This document shows positions 52,741-60,700 of a stretch of 64,000 nucleotides of DNA, in pieces (positions within the stretch are counted from its first letter, which is position 1; every line of letters begins with the position of its first letter). The DNA is taken from IMG/VR virus record IMGVR_UViG_638276473_000001, positions 6,798 through 70,797 of that record. One strand, 5' to 3'. A program made the translations under genes and the position numbers. The DNA is from a virus (taxonomy: Duplodnaviria > Caudoviricetes). Under the pieces are notes generated by a model. It was not told the origin of the DNA. It made no database searches and saw only the letters and a program-made list of their open reading frames with translations.

Positions 52741-52963
52741 GCCCTACGCCGAAGGCGAGACCCCCAAGGGTGAATGCCTTCCCGGCCCGCACGTTCACTG
52801 CGAATTCTGCACTGAACACGTTATCTCCACTGTTCCCAGTGAGATTGACGCGCTGCGGGACATGCTCATTCACATTCGCGATGACCACAAGGAAGCGTGG
52901 TTGTCCGAGGAATGCCGCGAATACCGTGAAAACGCTTGGAAGTTCGGGGTGGAATCGCTATGA
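52724..52963 (+). CDS. Small C2H2-like protein
   Basis: AAGGA RBS; CEFC...HIRDDH. Confidence 0.65.
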   Translation: MGQYIKPYAEGETPKGECLPGPHVHCEFCTEHVISTVPSEIDALRDMLIHIRDDHKEAWLSEECREYRENAWKFGVESL

Positions 52964-53241
52964 AACTCACCGAATTCCTTGCGGGACGCGATCATTCGCA
53001 CTGCAAGCACTGCCCACACATCTTCCTCGATCCTCCGGTGAGCAATCCGCTCGCGCAGATCATGCCTCAAGTGCTGGCATCGATGGAGCACTGGAAGTTC
53101 ATCGCCACGATTCTGCACCTGGCGACGTGCCATCCCGACGAACTGTTGGCCGACACAGAGCTTCTGGCCGACATCAAGGACACCTACGATCTTGACCTGA
53201 TCAACGGTATCGACATGTGCGAGGGGATCGGTCATGGCTGA
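52960..53241 (+). CDS. Small C2H2-like protein
   Basis: CKHC...HLATCH; ATGA overlap. Confidence 0.65.
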   Translation: MKLTEFLAGRDHSHCKHCPHIFLDPPVSNPLAQIMPQVLASMEHWKFIATILHLATCHPDELLADTELLADIKDTYDLDLINGIDMCEGIGHG

Positions 53242-53470
53242 CATGCAGCCCGAGGACTGGACAGCGTTGCAGATGCTCGGTCCCAGTCCCAACCACGATC
53301 CGTTCCACAACTACGTCCGAATCGACGGCACTTTGACTCAAAAGGGCTTCGCTGCACTGAAATTCGCTGACGCAATCAGCGAGGAAGCCAGCCGTCGATT
53401 CACTGAGTATCGAGAGAAGTGGGGTGATCGTGCCTCATCTGCAACGACAGGTGCCGGGACGGACGGTTAA
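53234..53470 (+). CDS. Hypothetical protein
   Basis: GAGGGG RBS. Confidence 0.6.
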   Translation: MADMQPEDWTALQMLGPSPNHDPFHNYVRIDGTLTQKGFAALKFADAISEEASRRFTEYREKWGDRASSATTGAGTDG

Positions 53471-53681
53471 GCGGTCGCGCAACATGTGCCGCATCGTGGT
53501 CACGTTCGAAGTCGAGATACCCGAAGCGACGATCAACGCGCAACCGGGCTGGAAACGACACGCAATGCACTACTTTCGTGACCTCTACGTCGAACTCGGT
53601 TCCACCACGAAGCTGATCAACGCACTTCGCCGTCGAAAAGACATCACCATCGTCTCAGAAGACGTGCAAGTAGCGTCCTGA
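53424..53681 (+). CDS. Hypothetical protein
   Basis: Fills the gap, TGATG coupling to HNH; start may be 53484. Confidence 0.55.
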   Translation: MIVPHLQRQVPGRTVKRSRNMCRIVVTFEVEIPEATINAQPGWKRHAMHYFRDLYVELGSTTKLINALRRRKDITIVSEDVQVAS

Positions 53682-53992
53682 TGCCCAACGGGAATGATCG
53701 CGGAAACACGCGTGATCGCTACGCACGCAAGATGTTTCTGCTCGAAAAGCACGGCAGATGTATCGTGCTGGTCGAAGGTGAGTGGACCAACGTCGTGGCG
53801 TGGGTGGCTCAGTGCTGGGAATGCTCGACACTGGTCACCTACGACACGATGATCGTGGACCGAATCATTCCAAAATCCAAGGGCGGTCGCTACACTCGCG
53901 ACAACATTCAAATCCATTGCCCCACTTGTTCACACAAACAGGGCAACCGAATCAAGAGAGAAATCAGTGGACCTGACCGTAGTTGCATTTGA
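53681..53992 (+). CDS. HNH endonuclease-like protein
   Basis: CWEC...VDRIIP...GGRY..DNIQ..CPTC. Confidence 0.82.
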   Translation: MPNGNDRGNTRDRYARKMFLLEKHGRCIVLVEGEWTNVVAWVAQCWECSTLVTYDTMIVDRIIPKSKGGRYTRDNIQIHCPTCSHKQGNRIKREISGPDRSCI

Positions 53993-54689
53993 TCCCGGCG
54001 AGACAATCGGCTGGGCGGCAATGACTGTCGGCAAGACCGATCTGGTCAGGCCGGAGCGTGATCTGCATATCGCCGTGGCGAACTCATGGCGCTGGGGACA
54101 GATCGACACGCGCCACCTGGGCAGCACCAGCGCCGGAGTGGGGGTACACCGAGGCCACGACGCGTTGAATTTCGTCGGTGAAAACCTTGGCGTGGACGCG
54201 ATGATGAACCTCGTTCTGCACGACTATCCCAGTTCCGTTGTGGTCCTTGAGAAATTCGTTCTCGATCCCAAAGCAGCCAGCGGGAAATTCGACCTGCTTT
54301 CGCCTGTGCGTGTGATCAGTGCGTTCTCCTACGGATTGCACGCCGATGCGATGAGTCGAGGACCGTTCGATGATCAGGGCAATGATGTTGTCCTACGTGA
54401 CCCGTACAATCGCTTCTACCTGATCAACCGGGGAGACCCGAAACGCACGTGCCACGACGAGCGATTGACCCGATGGGGGTTTGGCAATGTCGTCACTCAC
54501 AGAACGCGTCATGCTGCTGACGCTACTCGGATCGCCTATTATTTCCTGCGTGGTTGTCGTGGTTCGACAATGGCTGCACGCGAGGCGCGTTGGCGTGCAT
54601 GGCCTTTTGCGTTCCCAGACCCGATGGCGGGAGTGGCAGTATCGAGTGGCCGCAAAAGCCGACCGCAAAAGAAGGGAGAAAGGATATGA
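53967..54689 (+). CDS. RuvC-like Holliday junction resolvase
   Basis: VAFDPGETIGWA, VVLEKF, HAADA acidic motifs. Confidence 0.8.
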   Translation: MDLTVVAFDPGETIGWAAMTVGKTDLVRPERDLHIAVANSWRWGQIDTRHLGSTSAGVGVHRGHDALNFVGENLGVDAMMNLVLHDYPSSVVVLEKFVLDPKAASGKFDLLSPVRVISAFSYGLHADAMSRGPFDDQGNDVVLRDPYNRFYLINRGDPKRTCHDERLTRWGFGNVVTHRTRHAADATRIAYYFLRGCRGSTMAAREARWRAWPFAFPDPMAGVAVSSGRKSRPQKKGERI

Positions 54690-54982
54690 GTAACGACGAC
54701 GCCGTGTACGCGAAAATTCGTGGCATGGAACAGGTTCCGTTGATGACCCTGACCGTCAACTCCGAATCCGAACTGGGCCAAGCTGTCATGGCCGTCATCT
54801 TCAACAAGGAAGGGGGTTGGGTTCGAAAGAACACCGATCCTCTGCCCGAAATCTATGTGGAATTGGCTGGAAAACGGTACCGATTCCGTTTCGATGCGAA
54901 CACCCAAATCCTCATGGATCACGACGTTTTCACGTTCGAAGTTCATGCCTACGGAGGAATCCCGAGTGACGATGACCAATGA
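54686..54982 (+). CDS. Hypothetical protein
   Basis: ATGA overlap, RBS. Confidence 0.65.
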   Translation: MSNDDAVYAKIRGMEQVPLMTLTVNSESELGQAVMAVIFNKEGGWVRKNTDPLPEIYVELAGKRYRFRFDANTQILMDHDVFTFEVHAYGGIPSDDDQ

Positions 54983-55211
54983 ATTCTATGAGGCTCAAGA
55001 CCTCATTCATAAGGTCCCGTTGTTCATTCATCGCGACCCCAAGCATCCATCTGGCCGCAAAATCAAAATCAAAGGCGATGGAATTCCCGGTGCCATGTGG
55101 TGTGCCGAAGGCGACGACTACGAAGACCTGGCGACCAAATGGATTGCCATGATTATGGGTTGGCCGGAGCATCTGGTCTACGCCTATAACGTAAATGGTG
55201 CGTCGGCCTAG
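54972..55211 (+). CDS. Hypothetical protein
   Basis: GGAGG upstream. Confidence 0.6.
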   Translation: MTNEFYEAQDLIHKVPLFIHRDPKHPSGRKIKIKGDGIPGAMWCAEGDDYEDLATKWIAMIMGWPEHLVYAYNVNGASA

Positions 55212-55231
55212 TCCAGTGCTATGCTTAGCTC

Positions 55232-55435
55232 ATGGGAATTGACGGCAAGCCGGTTATCGACGCGGGAGAGCCGCGCACCGAGCACAACAAGTTCTACGGT
55301 GAAGCTTCGCTCAAGCGTGCTGTCAAAGAGTTCCAATATCGTGAGGGATTGGCCTCGTATTCGGAGGCACTTCGCGCGCTTGTTCTGCTGGGGTTCCAAT
55401 CCCCTGGTGGCTTCGGAGGGTACGAGATTCGATGA
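55232..55435 (+). CDS. Ribbon-helix-helix DNA-binding protein (putative)
   Basis: SLKRAVKEFQ..EG..SYSEALRALV; TGCTATGCT ends 6 nt before ATG. Confidence 0.65.
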   Translation: MGIDGKPVIDAGEPRTEHNKFYGEASLKRAVKEFQYREGLASYSEALRALVLLGFQSPGGFGGYEIR

Positions 55436-55728
55436 ATGAGAAGACCGAAGCGAAGTTGGTTCGCAAGTTCGACCGCAAGCACCGGATTCGGAATTGGCTT
55501 CGGGCCGAAACGAATTGGTTCTTGCCTCTCGAAAAGCGTTACCGCAGTACCAAGATCAAGTGGGGTCGGAAGTTCGGCCTCATTCCTCCCTACGTTCCCC
55601 CAGTGATCTACCCGCGCAACGACTACCACGGTGGGTTGTCGATGGAGGAATACCGAGAAGGGTTCGGGCATGTGCCCGAAGGCTATGACATCGACAAGAT
55701 GCCCCAAGCTGACATCATTGATGGGTAA
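55432..55728 (+). CDS. Hypothetical protein
   Basis: GGAGG RBS, ATGA overlap. Confidence 0.6.
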   Translation: MNEKTEAKLVRKFDRKHRIRNWLRAETNWFLPLEKRYRSTKIKWGRKFGLIPPYVPPVIYPRNDYHGGLSMEEYREGFGHVPEGYDIDKMPQADIIDG

Positions 55729-55734
55729 CTCAAT

Positions 55735-56097
55735 GTGGCGCAATACATCATCCTCGCAATCATCATTCTCGGCGCAGTCGGAACGCAGTGGCTCGAATGG
55801 TCGAGCAACCGATACGCCGTCACGAAGCAGAAAGCTTTCGACTTTTACGTCGAAACTGGCTACAAAGCTGAGGCGTTTCGTCTTCTTAGTCGTCGTGCTG
55901 TTAAGGCCGCTGAGAAACGCCGACTGGCTCTCATACGCATGCGCGAGCGCGAAAACGGGCGGTTTCAAGCTCTATGCGCCTGCCCTGCCTGCACACGCCT
56001 AGAGACACACTTCATCGCCCTGCACAACCCCTACCGGAATGAGATAACCCGTGAGTGCATCTTCTGTTCTCACGTTTGGACACAGAAAGCGTTGTAA
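55735..56097 (+). CDS. Membrane-anchored zinc-ribbon protein
   Basis: N-terminal TM; CPAC...RECIFCSHVWTQ. Confidence 0.7.
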   Translation: MAQYIILAIIILGAVGTQWLEWSSNRYAVTKQKAFDFYVETGYKAEAFRLLSRRAVKAAEKRRLALIRMRERENGRFQALCACPACTRLETHFIALHNPYRNEITRECIFCSHVWTQKAL

Positions 56098-56801
56098 TGA
56101 CAGTAGATTTGGGACGCCGGAAGCTTCACGACCCTCGGTCGCGTGATTTCCCGGTACCGGTGCGCGGCTTGGTCCTCGGTGGACGTTCGGTCACTCACCG
56201 GATGGACAGTCCGCACCTGGATCAGTTCTACCTGAGTGCGTGCGTCGGTTTCGCCGGAGCGCAACTGCTCAACTGCCGCATCGGCAAACAGGCTCGATTC
56301 GCATGGAATGCGCGCAGCAATCGCACCGCGTATGACTACGGATACCTGAACAACGACGACGCAATCGAAAACTATTCGAACTCAACGCTTCTCGATCCCT
56401 TCGACTGGACATACCCGCCACAGGACGAGGGCAGTAGCGCGCTGGGACTGATGAAGTCGTGGATGGAACTGCGCATCATCCGGTCCTATCGTTGGGCGTT
56501 CAACTTCGAACAGTTCCTCTCGGCACTGGGCAAGCAACCGGTGCTGCTGGGCACCAACTGGTATTCGGGTATGGGAGAGCCGATCCGGCGCAACGGTCGC
56601 TGGCTGGCTGTACCCGGTGGCACGCCTCAAGGCGGGCATGAGTACCTGGCGACCGGGATTCTCGCCAACGACCGGCTGATCCGTTGCGAGCAGTCGTGGG
56701 GAGATTCCTTCTACGGCAAGACGTTCTACGTCACATACGACAACATGCGCTGGCTTCTCGATCAAGGCGGCGACGTAGCAGTACCGGAGTTGATTCGATG
56801 A
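56097..56801 (+). CDS. Papain-like (C1) cysteine peptidase
   Basis: LDQ....ACVGF (oxyanion Q and catalytic C), GGHE, QSWG. Confidence 0.8.
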   Translation: MTVDLGRRKLHDPRSRDFPVPVRGLVLGGRSVTHRMDSPHLDQFYLSACVGFAGAQLLNCRIGKQARFAWNARSNRTAYDYGYLNNDDAIENYSNSTLLDPFDWTYPPQDEGSSALGLMKSWMELRIIRSYRWAFNFEQFLSALGKQPVLLGTNWYSGMGEPIRRNGRWLAVPGGTPQGGHEYLATGILANDRLIRCEQSWGDSFYGKTFYVTYDNMRWLLDQGGDVAVPELIR

Positions 56802-57082
56802 GCACGCAATTCATCACCGTCACAACCAAAGACGTTTCGAAAGTCACCGGAAAGCCCAAGCTTTTCGCAATCAATGTGGCTCGAATCGTCACTGTCGAAC
56901 CGGCCATGTACGACATCGCCTACGACATGGACCACGCGGAGACCATCGAGGGCACGTGCATTCACGTTTTCGCCTCTGATCAGCACATCTTCGAAATCGA
57001 TTCGCGAGACCCGTTCGATCACGTCATGTTTCGCATCGGCCAAGCTGGCGGGGTCATCCAGCAGAGCGAGGTCACATCGTGA
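56798..57082 (+). CDS. Hypothetical protein
   Basis: GGAG RBS, ATGA overlap. Confidence 0.65.
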   Translation: MSTQFITVTTKDVSKVTGKPKLFAINVARIVTVEPAMYDIAYDMDHAETIEGTCIHVFASDQHIFEIDSRDPFDHVMFRIGQAGGVIQQSEVTS

Positions 57083-57360
57083 GCAACGAAGACCTCAAGG
57101 ACGCCTACGACGGCTTCGCTCCCGGTGCGGTGGTCGAGATACCCGACGAGGGTCCCAGTGCCGACGAGATTCGCGCCTACTGCGTGGAACAGGGTGCGCG
57201 CATCGCCCGTGACCGGCAAGGACTCGATCTGGCCTACGAGACCTACAAGGAAACTGACCCGGCCAAGGCCCACGAATTCGAACGTATCGACTGGCTGCGT
57301 CAAGGCGAGCAGACAGCGTTACGAAATCTGTTGGAATACTTCGGAATCAACCACAAGTAG
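57079..57360 (+). CDS. Hypothetical protein
   Basis: GAGG RBS, GTGA overlap. Confidence 0.65.
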   Translation: MSNEDLKDAYDGFAPGAVVEIPDEGPSADEIRAYCVEQGARIARDRQGLDLAYETYKETDPAKAHEFERIDWLRQGEQTALRNLLEYFGINHK

Positions 57361-57365
57361 GAACC

Positions 57366-57584
57366 ATGGCGAACACAGAGCAGAAGCCGCAGAAGTACAC
57401 GATCACTGCCGAAGTCGAATTCGACATCACGGCAACGTCGATCCCTGACGCCTACCGCAAGTTCACGGCGTGGATGACGAAGGTGTTCAACGACGCTTTC
57501 GAACAGGGCATCGACGCTCCCGAAATCGTTCCCGGTTCTTTCGAGGGACTGGCCGTGGTGAGGAACTTCGATGCCGAGGTCTGA
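57366..57584 (+). CDS. Hypothetical protein
   Basis: AGGA RBS. Confidence 0.65.
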   Translation: MANTEQKPQKYTITAEVEFDITATSIPDAYRKFTAWMTKVFNDAFEQGIDAPEIVPGSFEGLAVVRNFDAEV

Positions 57585-57915
57585 TTCCACCACAACCGTT
57601 TTCGAATGTGACTGGAACTGCGGTGAGACCGTCGAGTTCGAAAACCTCAAGACGATCCCACGCCAGTTGAATCACGCTGGCGTACCCGAAGGTTGGGAAG
57701 TGCTGCGCCATGACATGAGTGCAGTCATGACCACCAACGAGTACAAGGCACCGCCGATCATGCTGTGCCCTGGCTGTTGGGGAATCTTCAAGCTGTTGCG
57801 CGACAGCTACACCACACCGCGAGGTAGCCGACTGCGGGCGTTCATCGACGCTTACATGCAGAACGAGGAAGAAATCAACCGCATTGCGGATCAGTACAAA
57901 GGGAGTTTGCCCTGA
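57571..57915 (+). CDS. Small zinc-binding protein
   Basis: CDWNC...PEGW...LCPGC. Confidence 0.7.
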   Translation: MPRSDSTTTVFECDWNCGETVEFENLKTIPRQLNHAGVPEGWEVLRHDMSAVMTTNEYKAPPIMLCPGCWGIFKLLRDSYTTPRGSRLRAFIDAYMQNEEEINRIADQYKGSLP

Positions 57916-58439
57916 TGGGTGGAGAACAGTTCGATCCCGAAGTCTTCAAGCGTGTTTCGCCTGAAAAGGCCCACGGTGAAAGCGATCACGTCGAATCAAC
58001 AGACGTGTCCCGCACTGTGGAGGCACCCGTGGGCGTGTGGACCGACGTGCGCAAGGGACAGGTCACCGCAGAGGGATGCGTGACGCGTCCCGAGTGGCCC
58101 GGTCTACTGTTCGACGCCGACGATCCGACCAAGGTCGTCGTGTGGCACCTGAAACCAAGCGTTTTCGCCTGCGCTCGTCGCAACATTCAGCCCGAACAGG
58201 TTGTGTTCGAAGAAGGAAGCGGTGCGCCATGGTGCCCGACGTGCCTACACAAGAAGAAACAGATCATCCGCAAATCCAAGGTGAAAGGCGGTCGAAAGAA
58301 GAAACAACTTCTCGACCGTCTCAAGGCACAGAGCGAGGCGAAGAAGCCTCACATCAAAATGCCGCAGAAGAATGTCTCGGAAACCTCTACCGACTCTGAG
58401 ATAGTTTGGCGTGAGAGTGATGAAAAAGCTCGACGGTAA
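57915..58439 (+). CDS. Hypothetical protein (H..C...CPTC, basic tail)
   Basis: GGGAG RBS, TGATG coupling. Confidence 0.7.
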   Translation: MGGEQFDPEVFKRVSPEKAHGESDHVESTDVSRTVEAPVGVWTDVRKGQVTAEGCVTRPEWPGLLFDADDPTKVVVWHLKPSVFACARRNIQPEQVVFEEGSGAPWCPTCLHKKKQIIRKSKVKGGRKKKQLLDRLKAQSEAKKPHIKMPQKNVSETSTDSEIVWRESDEKARR

Positions 58440-58629
58440 AGCGCCGGAGAAGTTTTCGTTAGTCAACGGCCCGTGTGCGGGACAGACTTTCGAAGCTGTT
58501 GCGCCTAAAACGATTATCAAAGCGCAGCAGCCAGAAAAATATCCACCCCGGTATTGCGTGTACATGCGTAAGATGGGAACAACCGAATACCACCACATCG
58601 AGGGATGTTGCAGAAAGGGATTAATCTAA
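58420..58629 (+). CDS. Hypothetical protein
   Basis: LVNGPCAG motif; TAATG coupling. Confidence 0.6.
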   Translation: MKKLDGKAPEKFSLVNGPCAGQTFEAVAPKTIIKAQQPEKYPPRYCVYMRKMGTTEYHHIEGCCRKGLI

Positions 58630-58850
58630 TGAGGGCACAGCTTTTCACCGTTTTCCAGAAGACCGTCGTCAACGATCCGCACTGGGCCAAAGAGACTGGC
58701 CGCGACGTGGAGGCCGGAGACACCGCCGTCGAAATCTACACGCCGATGTTCTCCACGCTGGACGAAGCGCACGCGCGGTTCGTCTGCCGCAACGAGGACA
58801 GCCGGTACGTGTTCACCAGCCAGCCGATCTGGTACGGCGAACTGAACTAG
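58629..58850 (+). CDS. Hypothetical protein
   Basis: AAGGGA RBS. Confidence 0.6.
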   Translation: MRAQLFTVFQKTVVNDPHWAKETGRDVEAGDTAVEIYTPMFSTLDEAHARFVCRNEDSRYVFTSQPIWYGELN

Positions 58851-58860
58851 GCACGGGGAC

Positions 58861-59103
58861 ATGGCTTTCAAGTGGCGGGCAGAGTGCCTGGACTGCCCGT
58901 ACACCCCCGATCTGGACTGGGGACATACAGTGCCCACGTCGTACACCGAATCTGCCGTACGTTCTCAGGTGGACGCTTGGGCAGAGGACCATCGCAAGCG
59001 AACCGGCCACGAAATCAAGGTGGTTCAAACGACAACACTCGTTGTCAATGTCGAGAGTCTGAATCAAGAAGTGCTCGACAAGCTCTTTGCACGGAGCAAC
59101 TGA
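58861..59103 (+). CDS. Small C2H2-type protein
   Basis: CLDC...WAEDH...TGH. Confidence 0.7.
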   Translation: MAFKWRAECLDCPYTPDLDWGHTVPTSYTESAVRSQVDAWAEDHRKRTGHEIKVVQTTTLVVNVESLNQEVLDKLFARSN

Positions 59104-59474
59104 TGGGCGAAAAAGTCTTTCATCCCTTCGCACCCGAAGGATTCGAAAACGGAGGCCAAGCCTACGGAGAACGCACATTGCGTTCTGGGCGAGACACTTT
59201 CAACGAGGGCGGTTGCACTGCGGCGTTCGTGTTGCAGTACACCAACCGCGATCCGTGCCCGCGTTGTGGACGGCCCTTGGTCAAAGGCCAGTATGGGCGG
59301 TTCCATCGCGACTACGGCGACGAACTTGTCCACGACGGGTGCAGCGACTACGAACACGCCCACAGTGAGCCACGCGAACCCAGCTACCGGGTACACGGCA
59401 AGCGAAAGCCTAAGCTGTGCAGCCTGTGTCACATGGAACACGCCGGAGCGGAGGACGCGGACGAGTGTCCGTAA
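59103..59474 (+). CDS. Small zinc-binding protein
   Basis: CPRC...HDGC...CSLC..EH...C. Confidence 0.7.
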   Translation: MGEKVFHPFAPEGFENGGQAYGERTLRSGRDTFNEGGCTAAFVLQYTNRDPCPRCGRPLVKGQYGRFHRDYGDELVHDGCSDYEHAHSEPREPSYRVHGKRKPKLCSLCHMEHAGAEDADECP

Positions 59475-59668
59475 ACCTGTCATGGGCAAGTGCAAAGCAA
59501 CTCGAATTCTACCGCGAACTCTTAGACGTTTTGGGCGGCAATGGATTCGACAGAGTGACCAGAGACGGCAAACGCAGAATCGTTCTGGTCAAACCCAACG
59601 AGAAGTACCTGTGATTCACAGGCTCTATCTGCGGATTTTTCGCAGGTACACAAGCAGGCGGTGGACCA

Positions 59669-60040
59669 ATGACGGGAACGATCAACGAAAATAACTGCCG
59701 CACTTGCAATCCCAAGTGGCGCAGGTACGATCGCTGGCTGGTTCAGCGGTATTTTCCACGTTCGCATACCTACCATAAGAAGTGGAAGGTCGTCGCTCCC
59801 ATCGATCCCTGCTCGGATTACGTTGACGTGCAATACTTCTGCACGTTCGAAGAAGCCATCGCGTACGCCAACTGCTGTTGGATCAGGCGCGAACTGCTGT
59901 TCAAATTCGAGGAGTTTCTGGACGAGGTTCAGAACTCTTGGATGCCAAAAGACAAGCAGCACACCGGATTAGACACCATGATCCGCACGCTCAAATGGTG
60001 GGGCAAGTTCGATCTGGCCGACATGTTGGAGAACATCTGA
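59669..60040 (+). CDS. Hypothetical protein
   Basis: 123-aa ORF, TGATG coupling. Confidence 0.6.
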   Translation: MTGTINENNCRTCNPKWRRYDRWLVQRYFPRSHTYHKKWKVVAPIDPCSDYVDVQYFCTFEEAIAYANCCWIRRELLFKFEEFLDEVQNSWMPKDKQHTGLDTMIRTLKWWGKFDLADMLENI

Positions 60041-60180
60041 TGTACGCACACTGCACCTACTGTCCGATGGACTGCACCGACGATTCCGCTGATGTGGTCG
60101 AGTCCTGGGCCATGACTCACGAACTGGCGGGTGGCAAGCACTCGGTGAAGATCGAAGGGTACGAGGATCATGGCGATTAA
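60040..60180 (+). CDS. Small C2H2-type protein (similar to 58861)
   Basis: GGAG RBS; CTYC...WAMTH....KH. Confidence 0.6.
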   Translation: MYAHCTYCPMDCTDDSADVVESWAMTHELAGGKHSVKIEGYEDHGD

Positions 60181-60376
60181 GGTCTGTATGGACTGTTTCA
60201 ACAAGCGGTTTCCACACAAAATGCCTTCGATTTTCACGTGGGGTCGGCAATGCGCCGACTGCAAGAAGCCCTGTGCCTCAAGGGGATTGCTCGTCAAGCT
60301 CGACGTGGCACCGAACTCACGACCACCACAAGATGTAGGGGTCGTCGCCGTGGACATGCGGCACAGATTGGGATAA
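60170..60376 (+). CDS. Small Cys-rich protein
   Basis: GAGGA RBS; CMDC...CADC. Confidence 0.6.
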   Translation: MAIKVCMDCFNKRFPHKMPSIFTWGRQCADCKKPCASRGLLVKLDVAPNSRPPQDVGVVAVDMRHRLG

Positions 60377-60439
60377 CGGCAGGTCAGACGATCTGTCTGC
60401 TAGGCTGGCTGGCCTAGCCTACCGGACGGGAGCTAGGGC

Positions 60440-60700
60440 ATGGACCCTGACGAAGCGGCAGCACGGGCGAAATTCGAATTCGAAGCTCGCGCAGCGATGT
60501 ACCAAGAGGACATGCAGACCGTTACGACGTTCATGCAGAACATCGTTGATTCGATGCCGGAACAACAGGTGTTGATGGAAAGGATGCAGAACGGTGACCC
60601 GTTTGCTTTCGCTCAGTATCTTTCGATTTTCCAGCGCGATTCCGTGCTCTTTGCAGAACTCGCGTCGGTGATCCGCAAGCATGAGCATGCCCGACGCTAA
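60440..60700 (+). CDS. Hypothetical helical protein
   Basis: GGGAG RBS; preceded by TGCTAGGCT. Confidence 0.65.
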   Translation: MDPDEAAARAKFEFEARAAMYQEDMQTVTTFMQNIVDSMPEQQVLMERMQNGDPFAFAQYLSIFQRDSVLFAELASVIRKHEHARR

